From NCBI RefSeq assembly GCF_009914755.1, contig NC_060929.1: 64,000 nt of DNA. One strand, 5' to 3'. This document shows positions 15,660-28,455 of this stretch, in pieces; position 1 is the stretch's first letter, and each line of letters opens with the position of its first letter. The translations under genes were made by a program, and so were the position numbers. The DNA is from the human T2T-CHM13v2.0 reference genome, Homo sapiens. The notes below the pieces were generated by a model, which was given only the letters and a program-made list of their open reading frames with translations, was not told the DNA's origin and did no database searches.

Positions 15660-15850
15660 AGGGGATAGCATTCTGGGAAAAGAGAAGCTGAAACGCAAAT
15701 GTCCTCAAGTGGAGGGCTGAGGAAAGCTTAGAAGTAAACAAAAAGGTAGCCAGAGTAGGTGACATTAGGAGTAGAACAAGATAAAGTCAGAAAGTTAGAC
15801 AGGGCTCAAGTCATAAGAGGATTTTTCATAGTAGATGGATGCATCCTTTG
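15660..15850 (-). mobile_element. L2 fragment
   Basis: AGCATTCTGGGAAAAGAGAAG...GATAAAGTCAGAAAGTTAGACAGGGCTCAAGTCAT. Confidence 0.5.
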
Positions 15851-15862
15851 GGAACTCTAGAC

Positions 15863-16415
<553 letters not shown>

Positions 16416-17459
16416 TCATGCATTCTTGGTGGGTTTTTGGATGTTGCCTTTGGCTTATGGAAAGTTGTCTCTTATGTTAGCTTTGTTTTCTAAAAAGACA
16501 CTGGATATGATTGCAAGAACAAGAATACCTAAGGCTAAGAGCTGGGCAACCAAGCATGTCTGCCAGAGGATGCCACCTTTTAAAACAATACCATGTGTGT
16601 CCCAGGATACTCAAAGAATGAACGTGAGAGGTGGAGGTCAGCCGAGAAGTAGAAACTGAGCAAGTCTGCTCGCTGTTACATGGATTGGTAGTGGTGGAAT
16701 ATGGATGGTTGCTTACATAGTTGTTCATTTGATTTAATGTAAATATCTATTGCTCTTATAAAAGGTTGAGTAATTTACTCCCACATTTGAATAAATGCTC
16801 TCAAGGCAATATCTACAACACGTTTGACCTCTCTATTGAGTCATTTTTCCAGACAGCTGTCTCTTGAGCTCGAAGAAACCACAGTTGTTTGAACACGAAC
16901 TTGTTTCCATTGAGTTTTGCAAGTAGGGGCTTGATTCCATGTTGGGCTTACCTCGGGCTCCCAAACAGGTTCTTCCCAAACATAACTCCCATATTTGCAT
17001 TCTTCATCTTCCAACTGGCTAGAAACCATAAACTCCTTTAATTGTCTGCTTCAGGGTGTATTATTTTATTATGGAAAAAACTCTCTCACTGGAAAAAAAC
17101 TATATTTGTTTATTTGGTTTTATTCCACATATAGTTAGAATGCCTAGTACATGGCCTCATGGGAGCTTAAAGCCTGATGCTCAGAAGGCTGAATTAGTTG
17201 TTGTGTTAATGTCATTTTTGGTGGCATCTGTGAAATTATTGTGGAGAGAAATGTTAAAGGTCAGGGAAGATGAAACCCAGCAAAGAACACACCAGAAAGA
17301 ACAGTGTTGAGGATTGAGTCTTGCTGTATTAGATGATTTTATACAATACCTGAGTTTCTATTTTTTTTTAATACGAGCTATTACAGTGACAGAAAAGTGA
17401 CTGAAGTCCTGTAATATTTGTGGAAGACTGGCCACAACCAAGTCATTTTTATTTTGAGA

Positions 17460-17585
17460 GTAAGTTACCTGGATTGAAGTGACTTTTGCAAAGCTCAGGT
17501 CATGGGTTCAACCTACTAAATGATTAATTACATGATTTCCAGTCTATGGAGATAGGTTATTTTTTTTTAACCTCAGTAGCCATCA
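17460..17585 (+). mobile_element. Possible MamSINE1 (tRNA-derived) remnant
   Basis: AGGTCATGGGTTCAA B-box-like head followed by TAACCTCAGTAGCCATC; weak match. Confidence 0.35.
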
Positions 17586-17594
17586 TTCATATCC

Positions 17595-17800
17595 TCTTTC
17601 ATTCATTTACTTGTTCCATATTGAGAACACCTTATATGTGTTAAACACTATATTTGACACTGGGGAAATAAATGAATAAGACATTTATGAAGCACCTGTT
17701 ATGATCAGTGATTAAGGTCCAGTTCCTACCTTCAAGGATCTCACAATCTAGTGGGGAAATTGGCATCTAAACAAGTAACTATAAACAGTGAGATGAAATT
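17595..17800 (-). mobile_element. L2 3' end fragment
   Basis: TTCATTCATTT...ATTGAGAACACC...TGAATAAGAC...CCTACCTTCAAGGATCTCACAATCTAGTGGGGA. Confidence 0.75.
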
Positions 17801-17819
17801 TAAAGAGAATAGGCAGTAC

Positions 17820-18055
17820 TGGCTTTTAGGTAAGAAAATGAACTTGAGTGCCAGATTTTAAACTCAAACTGTGTGACTCTGAATGAGTTATACTGCTTCT
17901 ATAAGCCTCAGTTTCCTCATTTGAAAAGTGAGGATGCTGCTAGAGTGTATATCACAGAGTGACCATGAATACTAAAGAGATAATACCTCTAAAGTTATGT
18001 TGTTAGCATGGTACTTGGTACAAGGTAAGTGTTTAATAACTGTTAGCTATTGTTA
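17820..18055 (+). mobile_element. MIR SINE
   Basis: CTGTGTGACT...GCCTCAGTTTCCTCATTTGAAAAGTGAGGAT...GTTAGCTATT. Confidence 0.85.
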
Positions 18056-18089
18056 TGTGTTACAATGGAGACAAGCATTGGCAGACAGC

Positions 18090-18320
18090 TTTTTGGTTAT
18101 GCACTTACATGGCTTGGAAACCAAATTCTATCATGTAAGGTTCTGTGACCTTGGGCGAGTTACTTTTAACTTTCCTGTGCCTCAGATTTCTATTTTGTAA
18201 AATAGAGATAATACCTATTTCACAGAATTGTTGTAGGACTTAAATGATATAATAGTGGTAAAGCTTTTGGCATAAAGACTGACAAATACGAACTCAATAA
18301 ATGTCAACTGTATTAACATA
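18090..18320 (+). mobile_element. MIR SINE
   Basis: TGTGACCTTGGGCGAGTTACTTTTAACTTTCCTGTGCCTCAG...CTCAATAAATGT. Confidence 0.85.
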
Positions 18321-19069
18321 ACTGCTGCAGCTATGAAAACAAAAAAAGAAAACAATTGATAGGATGAGAAAACACTTTGCAGAGAAGGTGACACTTGCAA
18401 ACATGTGTCATTGGTTGCCACGGGCATGGGTCAAAACCATCATCCTTTGTGACTGAGCAAACAATTCTGCACCTGTTCTCTGGGTAGTGGTTCCGTGGCA
18501 TTTTGTTTGTGTGGTTTGGGACAGGACGTTAAATTATGGAAAATTTGAGAGTCATTGCCTCTGTATTTTCATCAGATAGCACAGGGTGTGACAAGTTCAG
18601 ACTCCAGTCTCCCTCTCTCTGAAAAAAAACAAACTTTCTTGGAATTTTCTTCTCAAGTTACAGAGAACAACTTCAAGAGCATTGAGGTAAGAATTCTACT
18701 CCACACTGACCACTAATATCCTCCCTCCCATTCCCCAAAGTTAGGCTCACCCACAAAACTAATTTTAGTCTGTGGATACCTCTATCCACTGGTAGAAATT
18801 CTAGGAAATAAGTGTGAAGAAAACAAAAAATGAGCAGGATGACATGAAAAACTTATAGATATTTCTACATTCTCTAGACCCTTATGGCCTGCAAGCAAAT
18901 AGTTTTCCTTACCATACTTCTTCGTTACTTGGTGTTTAGAATTAACCTCACCATTTTTCCTTTTGGGGGATAACTCTTTCTGTATTCTTAATTTAAGTAC
19001 TTCAACAGAATTAACCACACTGCAAGTGACTCACTAGTGTAGACACCTGGCCTAGGCCTTATCACACTA

Positions 19070-19350
19070 GAAAATTGCCTTCTGCTAGCTTTGGTGATTG
19101 GCTTAGGGAGAAGAATTGACTCAGGTCTAAGCCTGCAGCTTCCAGGGGCACCATGGTGTACCTCAGAATGAAACAGACTCAGTGGAAGGTAGAGGGGAGA
19201 GAAGAAAAGCAAGACATGGTGAAATTACTTAAGTCCTGGAAACCTCCTGAACCCTGGACTTTTCACTTACATGAGCCAATAATTCACCTTTTTTGCTGAA
19301 GCTTATTTTGCATTCAGTTTTCTGTCTCTTGCAACCATAGGAATCTTAGT
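19070..19350 (+). mobile_element. MaLR LTR fragment (MLT1J/K-like)
   Basis: CCTGGACTTTTCACTTACATGAGCCAATAATTC...GCTGAAGC...TTTTCTGTCTCTTGCAACC typical MLT1 3' end. Confidence 0.7.
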
Positions 19351-20029
19351 GCACTCAGAGGCAATGTTTATGACCTGCACAAACTGGTGAGAAGCACTTT
19401 ATTGAGCCACCAATAGATTGGTCCTTCTTGGCTGACCAAACCTTACAGAATACAGCAGAAAAATGTCCAAAACTACTTTGGCAGCCCAAGGGGCAAGTAC
19501 AAAAGAAGCACCGGAAAGTACCCCACTACCAACTAGAAGCCTGGACCTATGATGGGTCAGTGACTTGCTCTTGTGTTCCTATTTCTACCCTCATAAATTG
19601 GGGCATAGGCATGGCAGCCCTCCCAGGGACGAGAAAGGGATAGAGAAAGGCAATCCAGGGACCAGCATGGGTGTTGGCTCAAGCTAGACCCTGTCCCTGG
19701 AAAGTAGTCTGTAAATCAGACTTTGCACCCAGAGAACACACCGGTTTTAGAAATCATATGCTGAATTCCTTTGAAAAAATGGACAATTTTCCTTAATTTT
19801 TATTCTCAAGACCACACGGGACTATTCCCTTTTAGGTGTTCTGAAAATGAGGAAAAACTGTCTGGTTTTAGGCTTGCTTCAAGGATTAATGTCAGGTTTT
19901 ACTGTGTTGTTTATCTCAAGTTGTCTTACCCTCAGATTGTTACTCAGCTTTTAGGAGGGTTTTTTGTTTGTTTGTTTGTTTTTTCCTTGGTGGTGGGAGG
20001 AACAGCAGCAGGAACGAAAACAGCAGCAG

Positions 20030-20230
20030 CCAGCCATGTACTGGGCATTACTTTTGTGTATGGCATATGACAAGCATGACACATATCACATGCATTCATA
20101 TGCATGATCCTTACCACAAGGATAGGTGTGATTATTATCCCACTGTACACATGAGAAAACTGACAGTCGAAGGTGACAGCTAGTGTCTTTGAGAGTCAGG
20201 GATTTGATTCCAAAGCCAGTAAATACAACT
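20030..20230 (-). mobile_element. MIR SINE
   Basis: ATCCTTACCACAAGGATAGGTGTGATTATTATCCCACTGTACACATGAGAAAACTGA. Confidence 0.75.
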
Positions 20231-21925
20231 CCACCATCTTGATGTGTATCTTTAGAAAAGGCAAATGAATATGCCCACCATTTGCTTAGCATAATACAAG
20301 CAAATGCAAGAGTTTCAGAAATCTAAATTTTCTACCCTCAGAAAATGCACATTCTAGAAAATGCATCAAGGCTTTATGTGAAAGTCAATTAGAAAAAATT
20401 ACAAATGGCCTATTATTTAATCTAAATTGTTAAAGGCTATAGAAATTTTAGAAAATAGAACTTTCATGATGGGGTAATGATGGGTACACTGTGGAGGGGG
20501 TTGGGGATTTTATATGTTTAGATCATTTGGACTTTTGTTTAAATTTCTCTAATGATTAAAAGCTAACTGAAGATAGACATATCATCTATTTATTTTGCTT
20601 TCTACAGCCTTTGTTAGGAGTTTGCATAGGCTAATGCATACAACAAATAATAAATAGACAAATGCTAGCTGGCTCACTGAGATAATTACATACAATTATG
20701 AACTCATAGATCCTAAAGGCTATTGACTATAAGAAAAAAAGAGACTTTTAAAAGGCCAAGCAGATAATGGGTGTGAGATTCTGGGATCTATTTTTTTCCC
20801 CCCTCTCTTTAAGCGTGAAAGATCTTTGGGATATGACTTCAATCAGTCAGCTTAAAATGAACAAGAGTTGTTCATATACTTTGGGACAGAAAAATATTTA
20901 AAAAGTTTTTATTTAGTGATTATGAATTACTTCCACAAGGGGATGCCACCCTCTAAATCTATCTGACTTGTGGCACCAGCCCTGCCAAGCCATCCATCTT
21001 TTGACATTGTGAATGATAGCAAAATGATTCTTTTTCAGACTTCAAATGACATTTTAAACACAAAAGGCCAACAAGTACCACAAAAAAAAAAAAAAAAAAA
21101 AAAAAAAGGAACGTTGTGGGATAAACCTGCAAAAGCAAACACAATGTGGTGGTCAGAGTTAGGCAGTGGATGGCTTAATCTTTTTCTCTGCAGGAAAAGT
21201 CAGAATTACTGGAAACTATATGGCTAAGCCCTGCTCTCGAAGCAAATTCCCACTTTGTGACTCAGTGAGCACACCTGTTAAATGGGCCCTTGAGAAGTGC
21301 TAGCACAGTGCCTTTCACTTCCATTCCCTCTATCTGACAAGGAGCAGCTTTGTTTCCAGCCGGAATTGAGAGTCTGGGAGAAGTTTATATTGTGGTTCCC
21401 AAGCTGTGGAATATGGCTTAAGAGCATGTAGTTGCATAGACTCTTGGGAAACATCTGTGGCTAAGTTAGTGTTTGCTTTGTATATGCAGAAGCTCATTTA
21501 TGTGTAGGTGTGGTGATTTGGTTACACACACATGGTGCTGTTTAGCTCTTTTTCCATGGGTCTGTGATTATCATTTAAAGATAAGTATTTGAAGGGACAA
21601 TTTAATGGTTAATGTTTCCTCCCTTTATACTGAGCTCTTAAGAATCTTTGATTTGGCACTTGTATGTTTTCATGTTATGACCTTAAATTAAATGCCAGAA
21701 GAATGTTTCAATAGCTGTTCTTTGGCACATAGCTCCTGATCAATGGTTAAGGGATTTGGGTCCATAGGTAGGTGAACTTGGACAAGCCATTTTACCGGTA
21801 GGCTCGGTTTCATTCAAATGACAAGGGGGATTGGGAGGGAAGGTTTGAAAAAAATGCCAACCCATCATGTCAGACTTTGAATAAACTGTAAGCTCCATGA
21901 GGATAGAGACCATAGCTACATGCAC

Positions 21926-22121
21926 TGGAGGTTGGCAAAGTAAGTCCTGTGGGCCAAGCCATATGGTTTTGTATGATCCGCAAGTAAGAATGCCTTAAAA
22001 TAGCAACACTTTATATAGGTATATGTAAGTCCTCGCATAATATCATTGATTTTCTCTCTTGGCCTGCAAAGATTAAAATATGTACTATTTGACCCTCTAA
22101 AAAAAGTTTGCTGAACTCCTG
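21926..22121. mobile_element. MER58-family hAT MITE inserted in an L2 3' end (L2 about 21880-22195, +)
   Basis: GGTTGGCAAAG...TGGCCTGCAAAG..TAAAATATGTACTATTTGACCCT..AAAAAGTTTGCTGAACTCCTG; flanks CTGTAAGCTCCATGAGG / TCTAGCACAATGCCTG. Confidence 0.7.
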
Positions 22122-22494
22122 GTTTAGATCATCATTTTAATTTCAAGGTCTAGCACAATGCCTGATACAGGCATTAGGTTGAACTGAATATTCATTGAGT
22201 TATCCAGAATTCATGGTATTGATCATGAGGTGGTGGACACTATCTCACCTAATTTATTTAGAAATGGAAATGGCTGACTTGGTCAGGTGGCTAAAATGGA
22301 ACCTGCTTAGAGGTTACTTAGATGTCAATGTGTAATGTGTTTGATTTCTGCATTGGTCAGTTACATTCTTTTTGTTCTTTAGCCACCAATATTAGCCAAC
22401 TTTCTTGTAGTTACAAGCTGTTGATCCCAGCCTGTATTTTGCTGGGGTGCTATTTGTTGGTGGTTGTATCTTGCTACTCAAATAAGGACAGCAG

Positions 22495-22613
22495 ACAGTG
22501 TACTTGTTAGAAATGTATAATCTCATGCCTCATCCTGGAACTTTTGAATCAGAATTTGCATTTTAACCATATCCCCAGATGATCTGATGAATGCTGAAGT
22601 TGGAGGAGCACTA
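22495..22613. mobile_element. MER5-family fragment
   Basis: CTTGTTAGAAATG...TGAATCAGAATTTGCATTTTAAC.ATATCCCCAGATGAT. Confidence 0.75.
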
Positions 22614-22629
22614 GTATGGTGGACATTGA

Positions 22630-23130
22630 CGGTGTCTAGCAGTACCCTACTATACTTCCTCCTTTCTAGCACAATACTGACTTTTTTATTGTTCATGTTT
22701 TATTCTGTTAGAATCATTATTAATGTCATGTTTTACAAGGTACAATACTGATTTTTGTAAACATGATCCACACTCTCCAACACAGCTCACATAGCTTGGA
22801 ACACTGTCCCCAGTTGCAGATGTGGCCTGATTGGCCTGATGGGTTTTTTTTATCCTCTTTTCCAGTCATATATTCAGAAAAGACTAAGTGACTCAACTTG
22901 GCCAGTGACAGTGGATCGATGATACGTCAAATAAGTCCTCTAGAAGCCTCTGGCAAAAGGTTTCAGAAGGTTATCATTGTGTGTGAAGGAGGGGCCTAGA
23001 TTTCCCTCAGAAGAAGCCAAAAATAGAGGGTTGGGGCCAAGAGGATCACAGGGAATGGTATTCCTGGGCCAACCCTACCTCTGGCCCTCCTTTCAAATGA
23101 ACCAATAAAGTCTCTGTAAAACAATAACTA
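22630..23130 (+). mobile_element. Degenerate MaLR LTR (MLT1J/K-like)
   Basis: CTTCCTCCTTTCTAGCACAATACTGATTTTTGT; CCTCTGGCAAAAGGTTTC; CCTACCTCTGG...ATGAACCAATAAAG. Confidence 0.5.
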
Positions 23131-23138
23131 TTTCTTAC

Positions 23139-23938
23139 TGAAATGGGAGAGTTCCCTGACCCCCTCACAGGATGTGTGACAGGGATGTGGCTCATCTGTT
23201 TGGTTGCCACCACTGCCCAAACCCTTTATGTGACGGGGAGCATGTAGATGGACAGGTGCAGGAGGCAGGGCGCTGGGCTCCAGCCCCACAGCAGCATCCA
23301 GGGGTAGAGTCCTATGACTCCCTGGAGCCCAAGTGGGCATGTGTTGCAGCACGCTCTTTTAGCCTTGACATCTGTGGACGGCTTAAGTGTTAACCAGCTC
23401 AGTGGACCCTCTGCCTTTTTGCAAGGGCAGAGGGCCAGTGTGACAGCTTTCTGTATCCTGAACTCTTGTCCAGAGTCCTGGAAGAATCAGATCACAAACA
23501 GATTTGAAGGATGGTGAATGCAGGGGTTTCACTGGGTGGTGGAAGTGGCTCTCAGTGGGATGGATAGGGAGCTGGAAAGCGGATGGAGCAGGAAGATGAT
23601 CTTCCCCTGGAGTTTTGCTGTCCAGCAGCTGATCTCCTCTCTGACCATCCCCAGCGGAACTCCTCTCAACGATCCTTCTCTTCTCTCCTCTCCTCTCTGC
23701 TGCTCTTCTGTTCTTCAGTTCCTCTGCTTGTCTCCTCCTGGAGCCGGATGTTTGGGGCTCATATGGGTACAGGATTGGGGGGAGTGGCGGGCCAATAGGC
23801 AACTTTTTGGGCATGAAAACAAAAATGCCCGTTCCCATTTAGGGCCATGGATTTACAGGCTTGAGGGTGGGTCTTTTGCTGGGTAATCATTCTCTTCTAC
23901 CCAGTATTTCAGTATTTCCCTGTCTCCTGTCCATATCA
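23139..23938 (-). mobile_element. Solo LTR1-family LTR (ERV1, HUERS-P2), intact
   Basis: Minus strand starts TGATATGGACAGGAGACAGGGAAATACTG..GGGTAGAAGAG and ends GAACTCTCCCATTTCA; TG...CA termini; 4-bp TSD TTAC at 23135-23138 and 23939-23942. Confidence 0.88.
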
Positions 23939-23959
23939 TTACCTGCTTATTTTGTGACA

Positions 23960-24160
23960 GGAATAGGATAACCGTGATATGGGCTGTATCCTTTTTTTAA
24001 TCTTCAAAATAACCTGTGGAAAAGGTATACCTCCCATGCACAGATAAGGAAACCAAGGCTCAATGATTTTTTAAAAAGTGCTAATAGCTAGCAGGAGGCA
24101 GAGCTATGATTAACACCCTGGTTCCACCTCAAAGTCCATTCTCTACTCTTACTCATTATT
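23960..24160 (-). mobile_element. MIR SINE
   Basis: ACAGATAAGGAAACCAAGGCTCA...GCTAGCAGGAGGCAGAGCT. Confidence 0.65.
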
Positions 24161-24431
24161 CTACACTGCAAATTTCAACTACCTAACACCACAATATACT
24201 AAGAATATTACCACTATGTAATGTGCTCAGAAGAAGAGGTCTTTTTTTTTTGACGGTTTACTTGCACTTAGAAAAGTTGGAACAAACAAAAACATTTTTC
24301 TTGTTTTTAGTTATGAACCTATAGTATTGAGTGTTCTCTCATTACACAGCTTACACAGGATCTTTATTTGTTGCTTGTTTTTAAAGACAGAGATAAAAGA
24401 CAGTTTTTGAAAATAGGTTCAGGTTGAATAA

Positions 24432-24778
<347 letters not shown>

Positions 24779-25924
24779 AAGGTGTTATGTGTCTTTATGC
24801 TTTTTGGTACATTGTAAACAATGTAATTATAATACAAAATCACTTGGACACACATGATTTCCTAAGATGAAAAATGATGCTGTTTTAAGATCTTGTATTA
24901 AAAACAACTGTCTTTTTTAAAAGTCCATTTTTGTGTATGTATTCTATTGAATATTAAAGTTATTTTGTTTTCTTGGGCATAGAAATGTGGCATAGTCAAA
25001 TTAATTCCAAGGAAACTCTGGTGCTTTCATTGTGAATCAGCTCCTTCAAACCATGGGGGTAGTGTATGGTAATTTACTGCTAAAGTACACACCAAGTGGC
25101 ATTCTAAGGATGAATAGGAGGGTTTTCTCCTGGGAGAATCTGGCAGAGCCAACTTATCTTGTAAACTATTAGAAGGAGGATGAGAAAAATGGCTGTCACA
25201 TCAGAGTGACTGCTCAGTGGCACTTAACACCAAATGGTTTGATTTTCTATAGACCAGTCTCAGACAGAATGGCTAGATCAGAAGTCTGCTAACCAGGGAC
25301 AGAATCTGTTTATTGTTTTTGCATTTGAATGAAACTCTCATAGCCAAATGGTACTGAAATGTCATCTGGCATCTCTTTGGCTGGCTCTGGGGAGAGTTGG
25401 TTGTTTACACCCAGTTCCCAGAGCACAGTGCTTCACATCCCAGAACAGTTCTGTGTTAGATGAGATTTTGCCAAACATATTAAATAAGCAATGTTTAGAA
25501 TACATTAACCTTAAGAGCCAAATAAATCAGTCAATCACATTTATTTGTTGCCCACCGTGTTGATTTCCTGTGCGGGGGGCAGGGGTGTGATGTGTGGAAA
25601 GTCACAACTAAGAGAGAACACAGGGGTTGAAGGTATGGAACATTTCGTAAGCAAAAATGTCATCTATCAGATTTTAGATCCAAAAGAAAATTTGAAAAAT
25701 CATGTCCCAGATTATTTGCTAGGGAACATGAGCTTTGTGAGGCACGACTAAGTGTTCCAGAGATAAGTAAGTTTTAAAAGGTCTTTGCTAACAGGTTTCT
25801 TCACGTGGGACCTCATGGTACCTCTAACATGCTAACGCACATTGCACATCTCCAAATATGGACCCATAGCTTACAGCAATGCCTATTTGAAACAGATTTG
25901 GAAAATGTTGCCTAAAAGTAATTA

Positions 25925-26290
25925 GTCAACTTTCATCACTTTGTAAATAAAGAAAATGAAGCAAAATGACCTTTCTAAGATCATACAGCTAATTATTGAC
26001 AAAGTCAGGAACAGGACTTACCTCTTCTCATTTGGAACCCAGGGTTTCCCAACTGAGGCTGCTATATAATCCTGCTATAAAAGTTCAAAAATATGTATTT
26101 TTGAAAGACTGCTCCTCATCTCAAAAATTGGTTGGTTGCGTTATGATATAATCACAGGTTAGGAGAGTTAGAAGATAATAGCTCTGGCCTTGAATCACCC
26201 TCTGCTACCTGGCAATTGTTTGTAAGCTTACTTATCCCTTTTTGGGTCTCAGTTTCTGTACCTGCCAAATGGGAATATAGCACTGGTCTG
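25925..26290. mobile_element. Two MIR fragments (- at about 25925-26050, + at about 26150-26290)
   Basis: AAGATCATACAGCTAAT; GGGTCTCAGTTTCTGTACCTGCCAAATGGGAAT. Confidence 0.55.
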
Positions 26291-26504
26291 AATCATTGAA
26301 ACAACTAATGTAGAGGCAGGTGGTGGCTGGGAACCTAGAATCTTATGAGCTCTGGCTAGAAGATGCATCTCCATCCCTCAGACAATGGAATCCACTGAAA
26401 GATTTGAGAGAGTCAAAGTCATGTCTGTACCCAGATTAGAAGCTCTTTGAGGAAAGGGGATCCCTCTAATTCTTTCTCCATGATATCCGCTCCAGTATCT
26501 TATA

Positions 26505-26840
26505 TGGTTATCTCTCAGTATCCATAGGGGATTGGTTCCAAGACTGTCCCCCCTTGGATACCAAAATCTATAGATGCTCAAGTTCCTGATATAAAACAGC
26601 ATAGTATTTGCATATAACCTATTCACATCCTCCTGTGTATTTTAAATAATCTCCAGATTACTTATAATACCTAATACAATGTAAATCATTCTTATACTGT
26701 ATTGTTTAGGGAATAATGACAAGAAAAAAAGTCTGTACATGTTCAGTACAGATGCAACCATACTTTTTTTTTTGAATATTTTTGATCCACAATTGATTGA
26801 ATCCAAGGATGTAGAACCCATGGGTACTAAGGGCCTGCTG
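26505..26840. mobile_element. MER2 (TcMar-Tigger) MITE
   Basis: CAGTATCCATAGGGGATTGGTTCCAAG...GATACCAAAATC...GCATATAACCT...GAATAATGACAAGAAAAAAAGTCTGTACATGTTCAGTACAGATGCAACC; TA flanks. Confidence 0.92.
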
Positions 26841-28455
26841 TACTCAACAGATATTTAATTGACAATAAATGACAACACAACAAAAAATATGAGTAGCACA
26901 ACCAATAACAACTTTACTGTGCTGCACACAGAAAACTACACACAGGGTACTTGTGGAGATACCATGGATTGTTTTCGTATATTATGAAAAATATTGTTTT
27001 TGAATAACAAGACATCTCTCTTTCAAGTTCTATTTGGTATTGTAAATGGAAACATAAGCATGTTAAAAAATAATGCAGGCACTTGACTGACTGGGCTCAG
27101 GACAGTGATTTGCAGTATTTACTAATAGAGTTAAAATTATTTCCGATTTCCTGTGATGAATTGCTTTTCCAGTACCCTGCATGTTACCCATTTTATATGA
27201 ACAGTTTTAGGTACAGAAGCATTGGCTTCCCAGGACTGAGTATAGAGTTGGGTTGTTACCTCATTTGAAGGAGGGGAAAAATAAGTTTATGCATCAGAAA
27301 TTTTGTAGAGTCGTTGACTTCAACTCTGTCCTTCAAAATGAATATGCCAGCTTTAATTTTAAATGCAGGTCGTTTGCCTATATCCTAAAGCACATTGAGC
27401 CCTTCTTGGGAGACCAATTAGTCATAAATCAGAATGAGCTGTGATATATGTGTGGAACCTTGTCCCTGTGTAATCCCACAGAATTGGGTTTCCTAGCGTG
27501 GAATAGTAGGAAAGGCAGATAAAGAGGAAAGGTACGGAAGAGGGACTTTTATTTACTTTTGTTTGCCTTCAGCATAATTTCCATGGGCAGCCATAACCAT
27601 TTACAGCTAGAAACAGTAATGACTCTACAACTGTTCTGAAGCTTCTAAAACACTCTTACAAATAAAAACAAATGATGCAATAAGCACAATGAGCCTTTGG
27701 GAAAATGAACCATAAAGGACACTGAACTGCACAGAAACATATGCAGCTGTACCCTGCCAAGAGCACATTCCTTCTGAAGACTAACCAAGGATCTTACACT
27801 TCAACAATACAACTATTACCAATATGCCTTGACACTGCCAGACGCTTTGTTGTTAAACCACAATCTCTCATTGTCCCTTCAAGACTTTCTGAAGTATTCT
27901 CTCAACATCTGTAAAATGTACCACATTAAGCATAACAAAGAAAAAACAAGCATGCTTCTGCAAACGACAGTATTAAAAATAACTATTTTATGCAGTGGCT
28001 CTCCTAATTCTGATTAAAAGGAGAAAACCAGGAAATTGATTTTTGGGGATTTTAAAAAAGTTTCAGTGATTTGACCTAACTAGTATATTTCTATAATTTG
28101 TTAATTGTCTAATTAAAGTTATGCTAAATAGCTGGACACTGATGAGTCAAGGAAAATACTATGGAACAATTTTATGTGGAGAAGAGAAGCTTACTTAAAA
28201 GAGACTTAATTTTCATCTCTTGGGAATCTAAATGCTAGAACTAATAGCATTGGGGAACTAATAGATGGGGATCTTTCAGATTAAAAATACTTTCTGTTAA
28301 GGAGGGATTGATAAACTGATAGTATATTAGGTTTTTAAAAACTTGACTGCTTTCTTGGACTCAAAGATGCTTGCCTAAAATTGAATTTATGCTAGCTCAG
28401 GTTATCCAATTATCCTGTTCCTGTTGACCTAATACCTCTGCCTTCTCTTAGTCAC

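Noticed and set aside
23128-23886. Cluster of overlapping ORFs up to 151 aa
   Set aside because: All lie in the GC-rich solo LTR1, where stop codons are rarer; no gag/pol/env similarity.
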